From assembly GCA_049968235.1 (NCBI GenBank), contig JBMFRC010000007.1, positions 64,001 through 128,000 on the forward strand: a DNA stretch of 64,000 nucleotides. The letters run 5' to 3'. A model generated the notes under the pieces. That model did not search any database, was not told where the DNA came from, and saw only the letters and a list, made by a program, of their open reading frames with translations. Each line of letters starts with the position of its first letter. Position 1 is the first letter of the stretch. Made by a program: the position numbers and the translations under genes. This stretch comes from Candidatus Hydrogenedens sp. GTDB taxonomy: Bacteria; Hydrogenedentota; Hydrogenedentia; Hydrogenedentales; Hydrogenedentaceae. Shown here piece after piece: positions 43,545-53,501 of the stretch.

Positions 43545-44619
43545 CAGGATTTACCACCCTCATACCAGTTGATAGTATTTGTCCCCATAATTCGGGATTA
43601 ATAGACAAAAGTAACAATCTTGAACTCCTACCTTCCTGGACAAAACGATTCCATAGTTTCTCATTTATTTCTTCATTGTCAACAGGTTGCAGTAAGGCAA
43701 GTCTCTTCAGTATCAAATTTAATTGTCCTACCCCATGTCCGGGAGGTATCTTATCCTCATCTGTCCATATACCCACTCGAAATTGTTTCATAAGAAGAGA
43801 GAACGCCAGAGAAGCGACAAAATCCATCATTTCTTCAAAAATCTCCTCATTATTTTCTCCATTAGGTCTTCTTAAATCCAGGTAAATCAAATATTGATTG
43901 GGTAAACTCAATGCCCATTCTCGAACTAACCACACACCCAAACGAGCACTTATTTTCCATGCGATATATCGTAAATCATCCCCCGGTTGGTATTCTCGAA
44001 TAGAGTAATAATCCCCCGATTCGGAAATAAGTGTCCGTGTCGGGACGCGACTCCCTCCAGCAAAATTCCCCAATGATTGCACCTTAAGAAATTGTGTTTT
44101 AGGCACTACCAACACATCCGCCTCTACTTGATACCATGCCTCTCTTTCTATAATTCCCAATGGAAATTCTGACCGTATCACTACCTCTCTTACTCGAACA
44201 CGACCCCGCTTCGGAAATTTCTGTTCTAATGAAAACTCAATATATTGATTTACAGGTAAAACAGGTATCTTTTTCCAGAATATTCTCGTCCTTATCCCAT
44301 GTGTATCCTCAATTACACCTTCTACAGAAACACCGAACAAAGGTGTACACTTTTTCTTATTCTCTAAGCGTATCCATATATTAGCCTCACTCCCTCTTGT
44401 AACCTGTTCCGGCACTAATATTTCAAGATGAGGTGGTTTAAAATTCCATTTCGAAAATACTTCCGCACATACCGCAACAGAGAAACAGATAGAGAAAGCC
44501 AGATATAAAATATTATTACCACTATTCCATGCAGAAAGTAATAAAAGAATGGTAAAAAATACTTCCCCCCACCAATAAGTTCGTATCGTCTTCGTTCGTG
44601 TAGGTAATCCTGAAATCAT
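43522..44619 (-). CDS. DUF58 (vWA-like) protein
   Basis: Position between the MoxR ATPase and the transglutaminase gene, the classic three-gene arrangement; N-terminal TM helices. Confidence 0.7.
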   Translation of the reverse strand: MISGLPTRTKTIRTYWWGEVFFTILLLLSAWNSGNNILYLAFSICFSVAVCAEVFSKWNFKPPHLEILVPEQVTRGSEANIWIRLENKKKCTPLFGVSVEGVIEDTHGIRTRIFWKKIPVLPVNQYIEFSLEQKFPKRGRVRVREVVIRSEFPLGIIEREAWYQVEADVLVVPKTQFLKVQSLGNFAGGSRVPTRTLISESGDYYSIREYQPGDDLRYIAWKISARLGVWLVREWALSLPNQYLIYLDLRRPNGENNEEIFEEMMDFVASLAFSLLMKQFRVGIWTDEDKIPPGHGVGQLNLILKRLALLQPVDNEEINEKLWNRFVQEGRSSRLLLLSINPELWGQILSTGMRVVNPDVISAGR

Positions 44620-44621
44620 AA

Positions 44622-45569
44622 TCAGCGTGGAATAGGAACTCTTTGGAGAATATCCTGAATAATTTTTTTCCGTTCTTCGGCTATATGTATGAGATTAAAA
44701 GACCTCGATTTTGAAATCAGCCGATGAGACAATACAGGTTCTGCCACCTCTCGAACATCCTGCGGAGTTGCAAAATCTCTCCCATTAATGAGTGCCCATG
44801 CCTGAGTTGCTACATACAAACTCTGGGTCCCTCTGGGGCTTATTCCCAACTCCACCTGCTCATGGTTCCGTGTCTGTTCAATAATCTGCAAAATATAATC
44901 CATTATTGACTCATCAACAAATATTTTCTTCGTCTGCTCCTGTAATTCTGTAACTTCTTCCGAGGTTATTACAGGCGGTAATTCACTTATCTCTTTCACC
45001 ACCTCTCTTTTTTTCATTATAACAAGTTCTTCCTCTGCCGGAGGATAACCTATTTCCAACCGAATTAAAAATCTATCTAACTGTGATTCCGGCAAACTAT
45101 ATGTGCCTTCATACTCAATAGGATTTTGTGTTGCTATCACAATGAAAGGTTGGGGTAAAGGATAGGTATTGCCGTCAACAGACACCTGATTTTCACTCAT
45201 GGCTTCTAACAAAGCACTTTGCGTTTTGGGTGGAGTTCGATTGATTTCATCCGCAAGCACTATATTGGCAAAAATAGGTCCTCTACGAAACTCAAAATCC
45301 GTTGTCCGTGGATTTAATATAGATACCCCCAAAATATCTGATGGCAACATATCGCTGGTAAATTGAATACGATGAAAAACACAATTCATGGAACGGGCTA
45401 ATACTTGTGCCAGTGTTGTTTTACCCATTCCCGGAACATCCTCGATAAGAATATGTCCCCGCGAAAGTATCCCCGTTACACAAAGTTTGATAGCATGTGT
45501 TTTACCTAAAAAAACACGTTCTACATTCTGAATTAACTTATCAATTTTATTCTTATAAATTTCAATCAT
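44622..45569 (-). CDS. MoxR-family AAA+ ATPase
   Basis: Walker A GMGKTTLA and FHRIQFTSDMLPSDILG typical of MoxR. Confidence 0.9.
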   Translation of the reverse strand: MIEIYKNKIDKLIQNVERVFLGKTHAIKLCVTGILSRGHILIEDVPGMGKTTLAQVLARSMNCVFHRIQFTSDMLPSDILGVSILNPRTTDFEFRRGPIFANIVLADEINRTPPKTQSALLEAMSENQVSVDGNTYPLPQPFIVIATQNPIEYEGTYSLPESQLDRFLIRLEIGYPPAEEELVIMKKREVVKEISELPPVITSEEVTELQEQTKKIFVDESIMDYILQIIEQTRNHEQVELGISPRGTQSLYVATQAWALINGRDFATPQDVREVAEPVLSHRLISKSRSFNLIHIAEERKKIIQDILQRVPIPR

Positions 45570-45625
45570 ATTAGCAAAACAATCTCTCTATATGTTTAAT
45601 TCCTATATATAAAAACTTTACTTTA

Positions 45626-46642
45626 TCAAAGCCATTCGGCAAACCAATCTTCAATAACAGGTAACAAGGAACTTTTGAAGTTTTTTGTCTTTCTTTGAAC
45701 AACCTGCAATGCCTCTGGCATTCCCAATAAATCATATATTCGCTCTGCAGATTTAATATATGGAATACTGGTTTTCCCTTTAGGAGTAATCTCCCCTTCT
45801 CCGGAAGGATTTATAATCATTACCGCACTTGTAGCACAAAGAGCAAGTATGTGTTCAATATCAAAAGTCTCTTTTCCCTCTTCTATCTCTTTACGAAGTT
45901 CTGGGATTAAATTATTTTTACATTGGAAAAGCCAGTTATTCTTATTCCTTTTATCCTTCCATGAGGACAAAGGACCTATTGCCACACATGCCTGAATAGA
46001 TGGCTCTATTGCCGTTAAAAGTATTGCTTGTAGAGCACCGAAACCTTTACCCAGGACACCAATACTTGTAATATCAGTTGTAAACCATGTTCCAAAAACA
46101 CGAAACCCCGCAAGATAATCCATTATTAGTTTCCCTTGATATACCACTTTAGAGAACTTTGAATCCTGTGATTTTGCTCCCCCTTTAATTTGTTTCGGTT
46201 CCGTTCGTTCCCCAAAGTATAAGCAATCCGGAACCATAGTAATATAGCCAGAATATGCAAGTTCTCGGGCAATTGCATAATTAGGGTCCCCTTCGATACC
46301 TGCAAACTCATCCTTCCCTTGAGGAATATAATCATGGCAACAGAGAACAGCGGGTTTAGATTCCTTCTTATTCCGTTCCGGGGCAAAAACCCATGCGGTA
46401 ATCCGTTCATCCTCATGAACAGAATACTCTATCTTATACCTCCGAATGTCATCTTCTCCTATCTCATCGATAATCTTTGTGTGTGGGACAAAAATACTGG
46501 AACGGTCTTCTTCTATTTCATCGTAAAGAGGGTCACTCAATATCAATATCTCTTCACCAAGATAATGCAAAAACCGCTTCTTTAACTCTTCTCTCTGTTC
46601 TCGCCATACCTCTGCTGATTTTATTTTCGATAAATCTATCAT
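45626..46642 (-). CDS. alpha/beta-hydrolase-fold protein (acetyl-esterase/dienelactone-hydrolase-like), possibly lacking the canonical nucleophile
   Basis: Fold-like segments; elbow reads GVLGKGFGA rather than GxSxG or GxCxG. Confidence 0.45.
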   Translation of the reverse strand: MIDLSKIKSAEVWREQREELKKRFLHYLGEEILILSDPLYDEIEEDRSSIFVPHTKIIDEIGEDDIRRYKIEYSVHEDERITAWVFAPERNKKESKPAVLCCHDYIPQGKDEFAGIEGDPNYAIARELAYSGYITMVPDCLYFGERTEPKQIKGGAKSQDSKFSKVVYQGKLIMDYLAGFRVFGTWFTTDITSIGVLGKGFGALQAILLTAIEPSIQACVAIGPLSSWKDKRNKNNWLFQCKNNLIPELRKEIEEGKETFDIEHILALCATSAVMIINPSGEGEITPKGKTSIPYIKSAERIYDLLGMPEALQVVQRKTKNFKSSLLPVIEDWFAEWL

Positions 46643-46767
46643 AATTTCTTGCCTTCTAATTTAAAATAACATATTCTTTTATAATTCCTGATTATTATTT
46701 AATGGGAAGAATTATAATCATAACATTACTTACAAATAGGGTTGCAATTTTCCATTTTTTTCTTACA

Positions 46768-47615
46768 TTATTTTTCTTTCTTCAAACGATATAAATATAC
46801 ACAATCTCGAGCTGTAACAAGAAATTCATCTCCATTTTTCCCTCCAAAAGCACAATTAGCAGGATGTTTTGGAACCTTAATAATATCTATCCTCTCCCCT
46901 TTACTATTAAACACAATTACTCCTTCCGATGATGTAACCCAAAGATTATCCTGCTTATCTATTTTTATCCCATCCGGAGACGCCACATCGCAAAATTTCA
47001 TACCCTCTATTGGATATTCTTTTCCTTCATATAAAAACTTAAAAACGGCATCCTGTCCTGTATCAGCAACGAATAAAACTTTCTCATCTCTTGACAATGC
47101 TATTCCGTTAGGTCTCTTTAAGTTTTTATTAATAAGTCTAATATCTCCTTTGGGAGTAATTTCATAAATTCCACAAAAATCAAGTTCTGCATTCGGTCCA
47201 TCCAAACCACCCGGCAAACCATAAGGAGGGTCCGTAAAAAATATAGTACCATCTGAACGAACTACCAAATCATTAGGACTATTAAAACGCTTTCCCTGAT
47301 ACTTTTCTATAACAACATCAATAGTCCTATCATTACGCAACCTTGAAATTCTTCGATTTCCATGTTCTGCCAAAAGAATATTTCCTTCCTTATCCAGTCC
47401 CAGACCATTTGAGTTCCCACTGGGAGTTAAACAAACCTCATGATTAGCTAATTTGTAAACCGTATTTGCAGGTATATCGCTAAATATCCAACCCAATTCT
47501 TCCACCCACAAAGGCCCTTCTGTAAATTTAAAGCCACAAACTTCTATTACCGGTTGTTCCTGGGCTAATAATGTTGTAAAAAAAGACAATTGATAAAGCA
47601 AAATAAAAAAACTCA
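46768..47615 (-). CDS. secreted SMP-30/gluconolactonase/LRE-like (SGL) beta-propeller protein
   Basis: FTEGPLW and repeated propeller segments. Start moved to MSFFILLYQ (SD GGAGATG upstream) with a signal peptide. Confidence 0.7.
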
Positions 47616-47679
47616 TTTCGCATCTCCTAATATATTCATTTTTTATCCTCCTGTTAATTAGCATATCATAATAAAATTT

Positions 47680-48609
47680 ATGATGAAAGTTTATAAAACA
47701 TGTTGGGAGATGTTTTTCATGCAACAAAAAATCCCCTGGTTTTTTTCCATGCACGGTGGACACAGTAAAGAATTTTGCGACCATGCAGAAAGCGGTATTG
47801 AAGATATAGTTATTCGTGCTATTGAATTAAATATGCCTGTTTACGGCTTTTCGGAGCACGCCCCGCGAAAATATGAAAAATACCTCTACCCTGAAGAAAT
47901 AGAATTAAAAAAAACACCCCGGGACCTTATTCATAATTTCTATGCCTACTGTAAAACTCTTGATAAACTTCAAGAAAAATATGCTTCAAAAATTACACTA
48001 TTAAAAGGTTTGGAAATTGAAGTAGTACCCCCGGGTGAATATATTTCCTTTAACCAACAATTAATAAAAGAAGGGAATATCGAATATGTAGTTGGCTCAG
48101 TCCATTGGGTTAATGAACAAATGACAGATTTTTCTTCTCAGACCTTTTATAAAGCGGTTGAGACGCATCACGGCTTAGAAAACTTAATGATTGCTTATTA
48201 TCAGACTTTAAAAAATATGGTCATTTCTATAAAACCAGATATTGTAGCCCATTTTGATTTAATTACCTGCTTTTTAAAACCTGAAGAACTGCCCAACTAC
48301 TCTTCTAAATTAATCAACACTATAGAAGAAACCCTAGAAGAAGTGAAAAAGAACGACTGTATTCTTGAACTCAATACCAGCGGTCTAAGAAAACCTATAC
48401 AACGCATATTCCCCGATACTTTTATTATCCAGAAATCTGCCAAATTGGGAATCCCCTTCACTTTTGCAGATGATTCCCATAATACCCAACAGGTCGGATA
48501 CAAATTAGAAAAAGCAAGAGAATTATTATTAAATCAAGGTATCACATACATCACCCGACTTAATAAATATCAACAAAAAATAATTCGCGAACAAATTACA
48601 CTCATTTAA
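47680..48609 (+). CDS. PHP-family histidinol-phosphatase-like protein
   Basis: FSMHGGHSKEFCDHA and GFSEHAPR His clusters of HisJ/K-type PHP phosphatases. Confidence 0.7.
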   Translation: MMKVYKTCWEMFFMQQKIPWFFSMHGGHSKEFCDHAESGIEDIVIRAIELNMPVYGFSEHAPRKYEKYLYPEEIELKKTPRDLIHNFYAYCKTLDKLQEKYASKITLLKGLEIEVVPPGEYISFNQQLIKEGNIEYVVGSVHWVNEQMTDFSSQTFYKAVETHHGLENLMIAYYQTLKNMVISIKPDIVAHFDLITCFLKPEELPNYSSKLINTIEETLEEVKKNDCILELNTSGLRKPIQRIFPDTFIIQKSAKLGIPFTFADDSHNTQQVGYKLEKARELLLNQGITYITRLNKYQQKIIREQITLI

Positions 48610-48757
48610 TTCTTCGCAACATATTACCTGATAAATTCTTTATATAAAATTAGATACATTAATAACACTTTTCTTCAACAAACTTCGTGTAAACATTTCC
48701 ACTACTCTTAACTATTGAATCGCAAGTAATTCATATTGATTCTTTATACTACTAAAA

Positions 48758-49906
48758 CTATTTCTTTATTTTTGACCTGCAAAATTCTCTGAAATCATCC
48801 TTACCACACTTCAACATAAGAATATCCGTTTGTTTCAACATACCGATTATCCATGGGTAATCCCTCGTAATGGGACTGCTGTAATAACATATATAAATAT
48901 TTTCTCCACGCATAGCAACCCCACCATATGCCGTATCACCTGCACTGGGAAAATCTGTCAACCATTTTAATCCTTCGAGTTCTACATACCACAAAGATGT
49001 TCTTTTCCTATTTAAAATACTCCCCATATACCAGAGAGGACCTGTATTATTGTAATCCCTCCTTCCTATCGCAAAAACTTTTCCATCAAAAGCGAATAAA
49101 CAGGGACCATCCAATCGTGTTTTTTTATCCCGTATCTTACTCCACTCTTTATAAGGAGGTTTCGCTGTTGCCACTAAAGTGCTCCCCTCAGGATGACCCA
49201 GCCATGAATCCGAGTATTCCAGTCTTGCAGTGCAAATAATTGTATTATCCGGTAAAAATTCAAAATCCGTCTCATCATTTCTGTCCCCTTCATGAATTAT
49301 AGATACCAACTCCCAGTTAATCCCATCTCTTGAACGAAACAATGCAGATTTGCCATGTTCATTCCAATATCCTGTAACATACCAATTGATAAAATCCCTC
49401 GTTTTGGGTCTCCATAAAAGCCAACCTTCCGCATCACCTTTCAATGGTTCAAAGGGTGTCCAGTTTCTCCCATCCATGGACCTCGCATATAAAGTACGAT
49501 ATGGCTCTGCAAAAAAATTCCTATTAACAAGCACATATAAAAACAACTGTCCATTAATTTCTGCAAATTTCGGGTCACGTATATCTTCTCCCGGCGAATT
49601 AAACTCCCTTATTTTTTCCCATTTAACCCCATCATCAGATTTCCACAACCATAATTTACAATGAGTACTCCCTAAATGAAACGGAGAATTGGCGTGAATT
49701 AAATAAAACACCCCTCGCCAACAGATCATATCCGAATTGGAATTATGCAATCCATTAGAATACATAACATCGAGACTATATCGAAATGATTGGTCTACCT
49801 CTACTTTATTTGTCCGATAAATTGACCAAATAACAATTGAAAAAAGAATACCTACTACTAATAAAACTACAATAAAAAATATTTGAATATATCTTTTACC
49901 TGTCAT
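48758..49906 (-). CDS. membrane-anchored BNR/Asp-box repeat protein (sialidase-like beta-propeller)
   Basis: N-terminal TM helix; Asp-boxes SDDGVKW, SMDGRNW, SRDGINW. Confidence 0.6.
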   Translation of the reverse strand: MTGKRYIQIFFIVVLLVVGILFSIVIWSIYRTNKVEVDQSFRYSLDVMYSNGLHNSNSDMICWRGVFYLIHANSPFHLGSTHCKLWLWKSDDGVKWEKIREFNSPGEDIRDPKFAEINGQLFLYVLVNRNFFAEPYRTLYARSMDGRNWTPFEPLKGDAEGWLLWRPKTRDFINWYVTGYWNEHGKSALFRSRDGINWELVSIIHEGDRNDETDFEFLPDNTIICTARLEYSDSWLGHPEGSTLVATAKPPYKEWSKIRDKKTRLDGPCLFAFDGKVFAIGRRDYNNTGPLWYMGSILNRKRTSLWYVELEGLKWLTDFPSAGDTAYGGVAMRGENIYICYYSSPITRDYPWIIGMLKQTDILMLKCGKDDFREFCRSKIKK

Positions 49907-50023
49907 TATTATATCCCTGTACTTATTTATTTTATAATTTCAATTGACTTTATTGATTATATTTATGATAATAATATAATACTATATTCGCAATAAATTT
50001 TTAATAATATAGGAGAAAGTAAA

Positions 50024-51364
50024 ATGAATAATCCCCCGAAAGAAAAAGGACGTAGAGAATTTCTGAAAACCACAGCCACTATCGGCTCCGCAGTTTACTT
50101 AGGAAGTCAGGTAAAAGCAACTGCTCAAACAACCTCTGAGACCTTAAAAAAAGAAACTTTAGCAATTAATGGAGGTTCTCCCGCAGTAACATCCCATCCC
50201 TCAGATGCAACAAAATGGCCCATCTACGGCGATGAGGAAATTCAATTGGTCTCAGAATTAATCAAAAATCCCAGTTATGCACCCATTACTGAGTTTGAAG
50301 AAGCATGGAAAAAGCACTTCGATTGTCCTTTTGTTAAAGCCCACTGCAACGGAACCAGTGCATTGACCTCTATACTATTCGCTCTTGACTTACCTCCCGG
50401 CAGTGAAATACTTGTTCCCGACTATAGCACATGGTTCCCGGTAGTTCCCATGCGTTTTCTTAAATATGTTCCCGTATTTGTTGATGTTAATCCCAAAACC
50501 ATGAACATAGATGTTGAAGATTGTAAAAAACGACTTTCTCCAAAAACGCGTGCTATCCTCCCTGTTCATTGGTATGGCGTCCCCTGTGATATGGATTTAA
50601 TTAATGATTTTGCGAAAGAACACGGACTGGAAGTTGTTGAAGATGCCAGTCATGCACACGGTGCGAAGTTAAAGGATATTTATATTGGCAAATGGGGACG
50701 AATGGCAGGCTTTAGTCTTCAAACGACGAAACCCTTGCCTGCTATTGAAGGTGGAATAGCAATGTATAGAGACATTCGTGACTATGAGCGTTCCGTAACC
50801 TTTGGAAACTATGACCTACCTAAAACATTTCCAGAAGATAGCCCTTACCGAAAATATCAAGGCACAGCCTTTGGCAGTAAATTAAGGATACATCCCATTG
50901 CCGCTATCCTTGCAAATGTTCAGTTAAAAACATTGACAGAAAGAAATATAAAAGGTGTCTCTCAAATGAAAAAACTGAATAACGCCATCACACAACTTCC
51001 AGGGCTTTCCGCTCAATATGTCCGTCCTGACGCAGAAAGAGTTTACTATTCCAGAAACTTAATGTTTATAGACGAAAAAAAAGCAGGAGCATCCCGTTCC
51101 GCAATTGTTAAAGCGTTAAAGGCGGAAGGTGTAGATGTAGTTGAATATCAGTGGACATTACTTCATACCTATCCTATCTTTAGTGAAAATAAATGGTGGG
51201 ACTACATGCCCGTTCTTCCGAAAGAAGGTACTCCAAAGGGATGTGAAGAAGCCAATCGTACCGCCATATCTTTGCCGTACTTTACCACCGAACAACCTGA
51301 ACTTGTAGAACAATACATTCACGCTTTCCAGAAAGTCTGGTCAAATATAGACAAACTCAGTTAA
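50024..51364 (+). CDS. DegT/DnrJ/EryC1/StrS-family PLP-dependent aminotransferase with twin-arginine signal
   Basis: RREFLKTTATIGSAVYLGSQVKATAQT TAT signal, then an aspartate aminotransferase-fold sugar aminotransferase domain. Confidence 0.75.
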   Translation: MNNPPKEKGRREFLKTTATIGSAVYLGSQVKATAQTTSETLKKETLAINGGSPAVTSHPSDATKWPIYGDEEIQLVSELIKNPSYAPITEFEEAWKKHFDCPFVKAHCNGTSALTSILFALDLPPGSEILVPDYSTWFPVVPMRFLKYVPVFVDVNPKTMNIDVEDCKKRLSPKTRAILPVHWYGVPCDMDLINDFAKEHGLEVVEDASHAHGAKLKDIYIGKWGRMAGFSLQTTKPLPAIEGGIAMYRDIRDYERSVTFGNYDLPKTFPEDSPYRKYQGTAFGSKLRIHPIAAILANVQLKTLTERNIKGVSQMKKLNNAITQLPGLSAQYVRPDAERVYYSRNLMFIDEKKAGASRSAIVKALKAEGVDVVEYQWTLLHTYPIFSENKWWDYMPVLPKEGTPKGCEEANRTAISLPYFTTEQPELVEQYIHAFQKVWSNIDKLS

Positions 51365-51439
51365 AACATAGCAGAAACATTTTCACTTAAAAACAGTCTA
51401 ATCAAATAAAACAAATACACCGACAGAAGGAGCGTATTT

Positions 51440-53020
51440 ATGGCTACATCTCTATCAACGCCACCCATAGTAGAAGTTAAAAATCCAAAAACGGGTGAAC
51501 TGCTATATTCCTTTCAGGAAATTACCGAATTTGATGTCGAAAAAATGTATGACACAGCAAAAAAAGCATTTGCAGTTATTCGTTCCATGTCGGTTCGAGA
51601 TCGACTTAATGAACTGGATAAAATTAAACAATACATCATCAAACATAGAGAAGAAATCGCCGAATTTATAACCCGTGAAACGGGCAAATGTATAACAGAT
51701 GCACTACTTCTCGAAGTTTTTCCTTCTGTAGACCAGATTGACTATTATCAGAAATACGCAGAGAGAATCCTTCGTGACCAAAAAGTCCCAACTCCTCTGT
51801 TACTCATAGGTAAGAAATCAAAAGTTGTTTATGACCCCTTAGGTATTATTCTTATAATTTCCCCATGGAATTATCCCTTTCATCTTTCATTTGTTCCCTT
51901 CGTTTGTGCTTTCACGGCAGGAAATGCGGTAATAATAAAACCTTCGCGTATCACTCCTCTAAAAGGACTTTATGAAAGAATTATTGAAGAATCAGGCTTT
52001 ATGAAAGGAGCCTTACAAATCGCCTACGCAAGTCGTAAAACCGCCAATCTGCTCATTGAAAAGAAACCCGATAAAATCCATTTCACAGGTAGTGTCGATG
52101 TCGGTAAAATCATTATGAAACAATCCGCAGAACACCTTATTCCCGTTGAATTAGAATTAGGCGGAAAAGACCCTATGATTGTATTTGAAGATGTAAACTT
52201 AGAAAGAACAGTAACCGGCGCCATCTGGGGAAGTTTTACCAACTGTGGACAAACTTGCACTTCTGTCGAACGCATATTTGTTCAGGAAAAAATATTTGAA
52301 CCCTTTGTGAACTTAATGGTCGAAAAAGTGAAAAAGTTAAGAACTCTTGCAAATACTCCAAATCCATCTGACGAAAAGGAATTGGATGTCGGATGTATGA
52401 CCGCTAACTTCCAGATTGAAGAAATTGAATCCCAACTCGAAGAAGCAAAACAAAAAGGAGCAAAAATCCTTTGTGGAGGAGAAAGACAAAAGGGAAGTCA
52501 CGCTTTCCCACCTACCATCATTACAAATGTAGGTAGAGATTATCGCATACAATACCATGAATCCTTTGGACCGGTTGTTACAATTACCCCATTCAAAACA
52601 GAAGAAGAAGTCATTCAAATGGCAAACGACTCTCCCTATGGTCTTTCCGCAAGTGTCTGGTCTGCAGATAAAAAACGCGCAGAGCGCGTTGCACGACAAA
52701 TTGTAACCGGAAATGTCTCTATCAACAATGTCCTTGCTACTCAAGCAAATTCTGCATTGCCTTTCGGCGGTATTAAAGAAAGTGGCTTCGGAAGGTACCG
52801 GGGTGCACAGGGATTACATGCTTTCTCTAACATCAAAAGTATTTTAATAGACCATCAATGGAACCGTATGGAAGCCTATTGGCATCCCTATTCCCGCAAA
52901 AAATTTGAACTGTTCTCTCAGGTCTTTGAAAGTGTATTCAAACGCGGAATACTACCTTTTCTTAAAACTGCATGGATTGGATTAAAATTAGAATTACTAG
53001 CACGAAAAGAGCGACTCTGA
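51440..53020 (+). CDS. NAD(P)-dependent aldehyde dehydrogenase
   Basis: ELGGKDP and catalytic Cys FTNCGQTCTSVER. Confidence 0.9.
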   Translation: MATSLSTPPIVEVKNPKTGELLYSFQEITEFDVEKMYDTAKKAFAVIRSMSVRDRLNELDKIKQYIIKHREEIAEFITRETGKCITDALLLEVFPSVDQIDYYQKYAERILRDQKVPTPLLLIGKKSKVVYDPLGIILIISPWNYPFHLSFVPFVCAFTAGNAVIIKPSRITPLKGLYERIIEESGFMKGALQIAYASRKTANLLIEKKPDKIHFTGSVDVGKIIMKQSAEHLIPVELELGGKDPMIVFEDVNLERTVTGAIWGSFTNCGQTCTSVERIFVQEKIFEPFVNLMVEKVKKLRTLANTPNPSDEKELDVGCMTANFQIEEIESQLEEAKQKGAKILCGGERQKGSHAFPPTIITNVGRDYRIQYHESFGPVVTITPFKTEEEVIQMANDSPYGLSASVWSADKKRAERVARQIVTGNVSINNVLATQANSALPFGGIKESGFGRYRGAQGLHAFSNIKSILIDHQWNRMEAYWHPYSRKKFELFSQVFESVFKRGILPFLKTAWIGLKLELLARKERL

Positions 53021-53038
53021 TAACTTTGAGATAATAAT

Positions 53039-53380
53039 ATGATTGAAATGACTAAAAAGGAAGAATTTGATAGTTTATTAAAAAATTCAAACGATATAAT
53101 TTTAATCATCTTCAAACATAGTAACCGTTGTCCTATCTCATGGAATGCCAAAAAAGAAATCGATACTTTTCTTGAAAAATATACAGAATACAATAACAAT
53201 ACCTATCTCATTAATGTCATTGATTCACGTCCTCTATCAAATTATATCGCTGAAACACTTCATGTAGAACATCAATCACCACAAATTATTATCCTGAAAA
53301 ATGGCGCCGTTGTGAAGCATATCTCTCATTTAACCATAACTGAAAAAAATCTAGAAAATATCCTCCAACCCTTAAAATAA
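53039..53380 (+). CDS. YtxJ-like (DUF2847) thioredoxin-fold protein
   Basis: FKHSNRCPISWNA matches the conserved KHSxxCPIS motif of YtxJ/monothiol bacilliredoxin-like proteins. Confidence 0.7.
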   Translation: MIEMTKKEEFDSLLKNSNDIILIIFKHSNRCPISWNAKKEIDTFLEKYTEYNNNTYLINVIDSRPLSNYIAETLHVEHQSPQIIILKNGAVVKHISHLTITEKNLENILQPLK

Positions 53381-53501
53381 TCAAAAAATTTTTTGATTAT
53401 TTATTTCCATTTACTTATTATATATAGTATTATATACACAATATAAATACTATATAATGTATTTTTCATTTATTAAAAATTTATGTTTGGAGGAAAGAAA
53501 A

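Noticed and set aside
53381-53396. Perfect 16-bp palindrome TCAAAAAATTTTTTGA right after the ytxJ stop
   Set aside because: Pure A6/T6 composition in an AT-rich promoter region; weak hairpin (AT-only stem) and likely just low-complexity spacer. Not called as a terminator.
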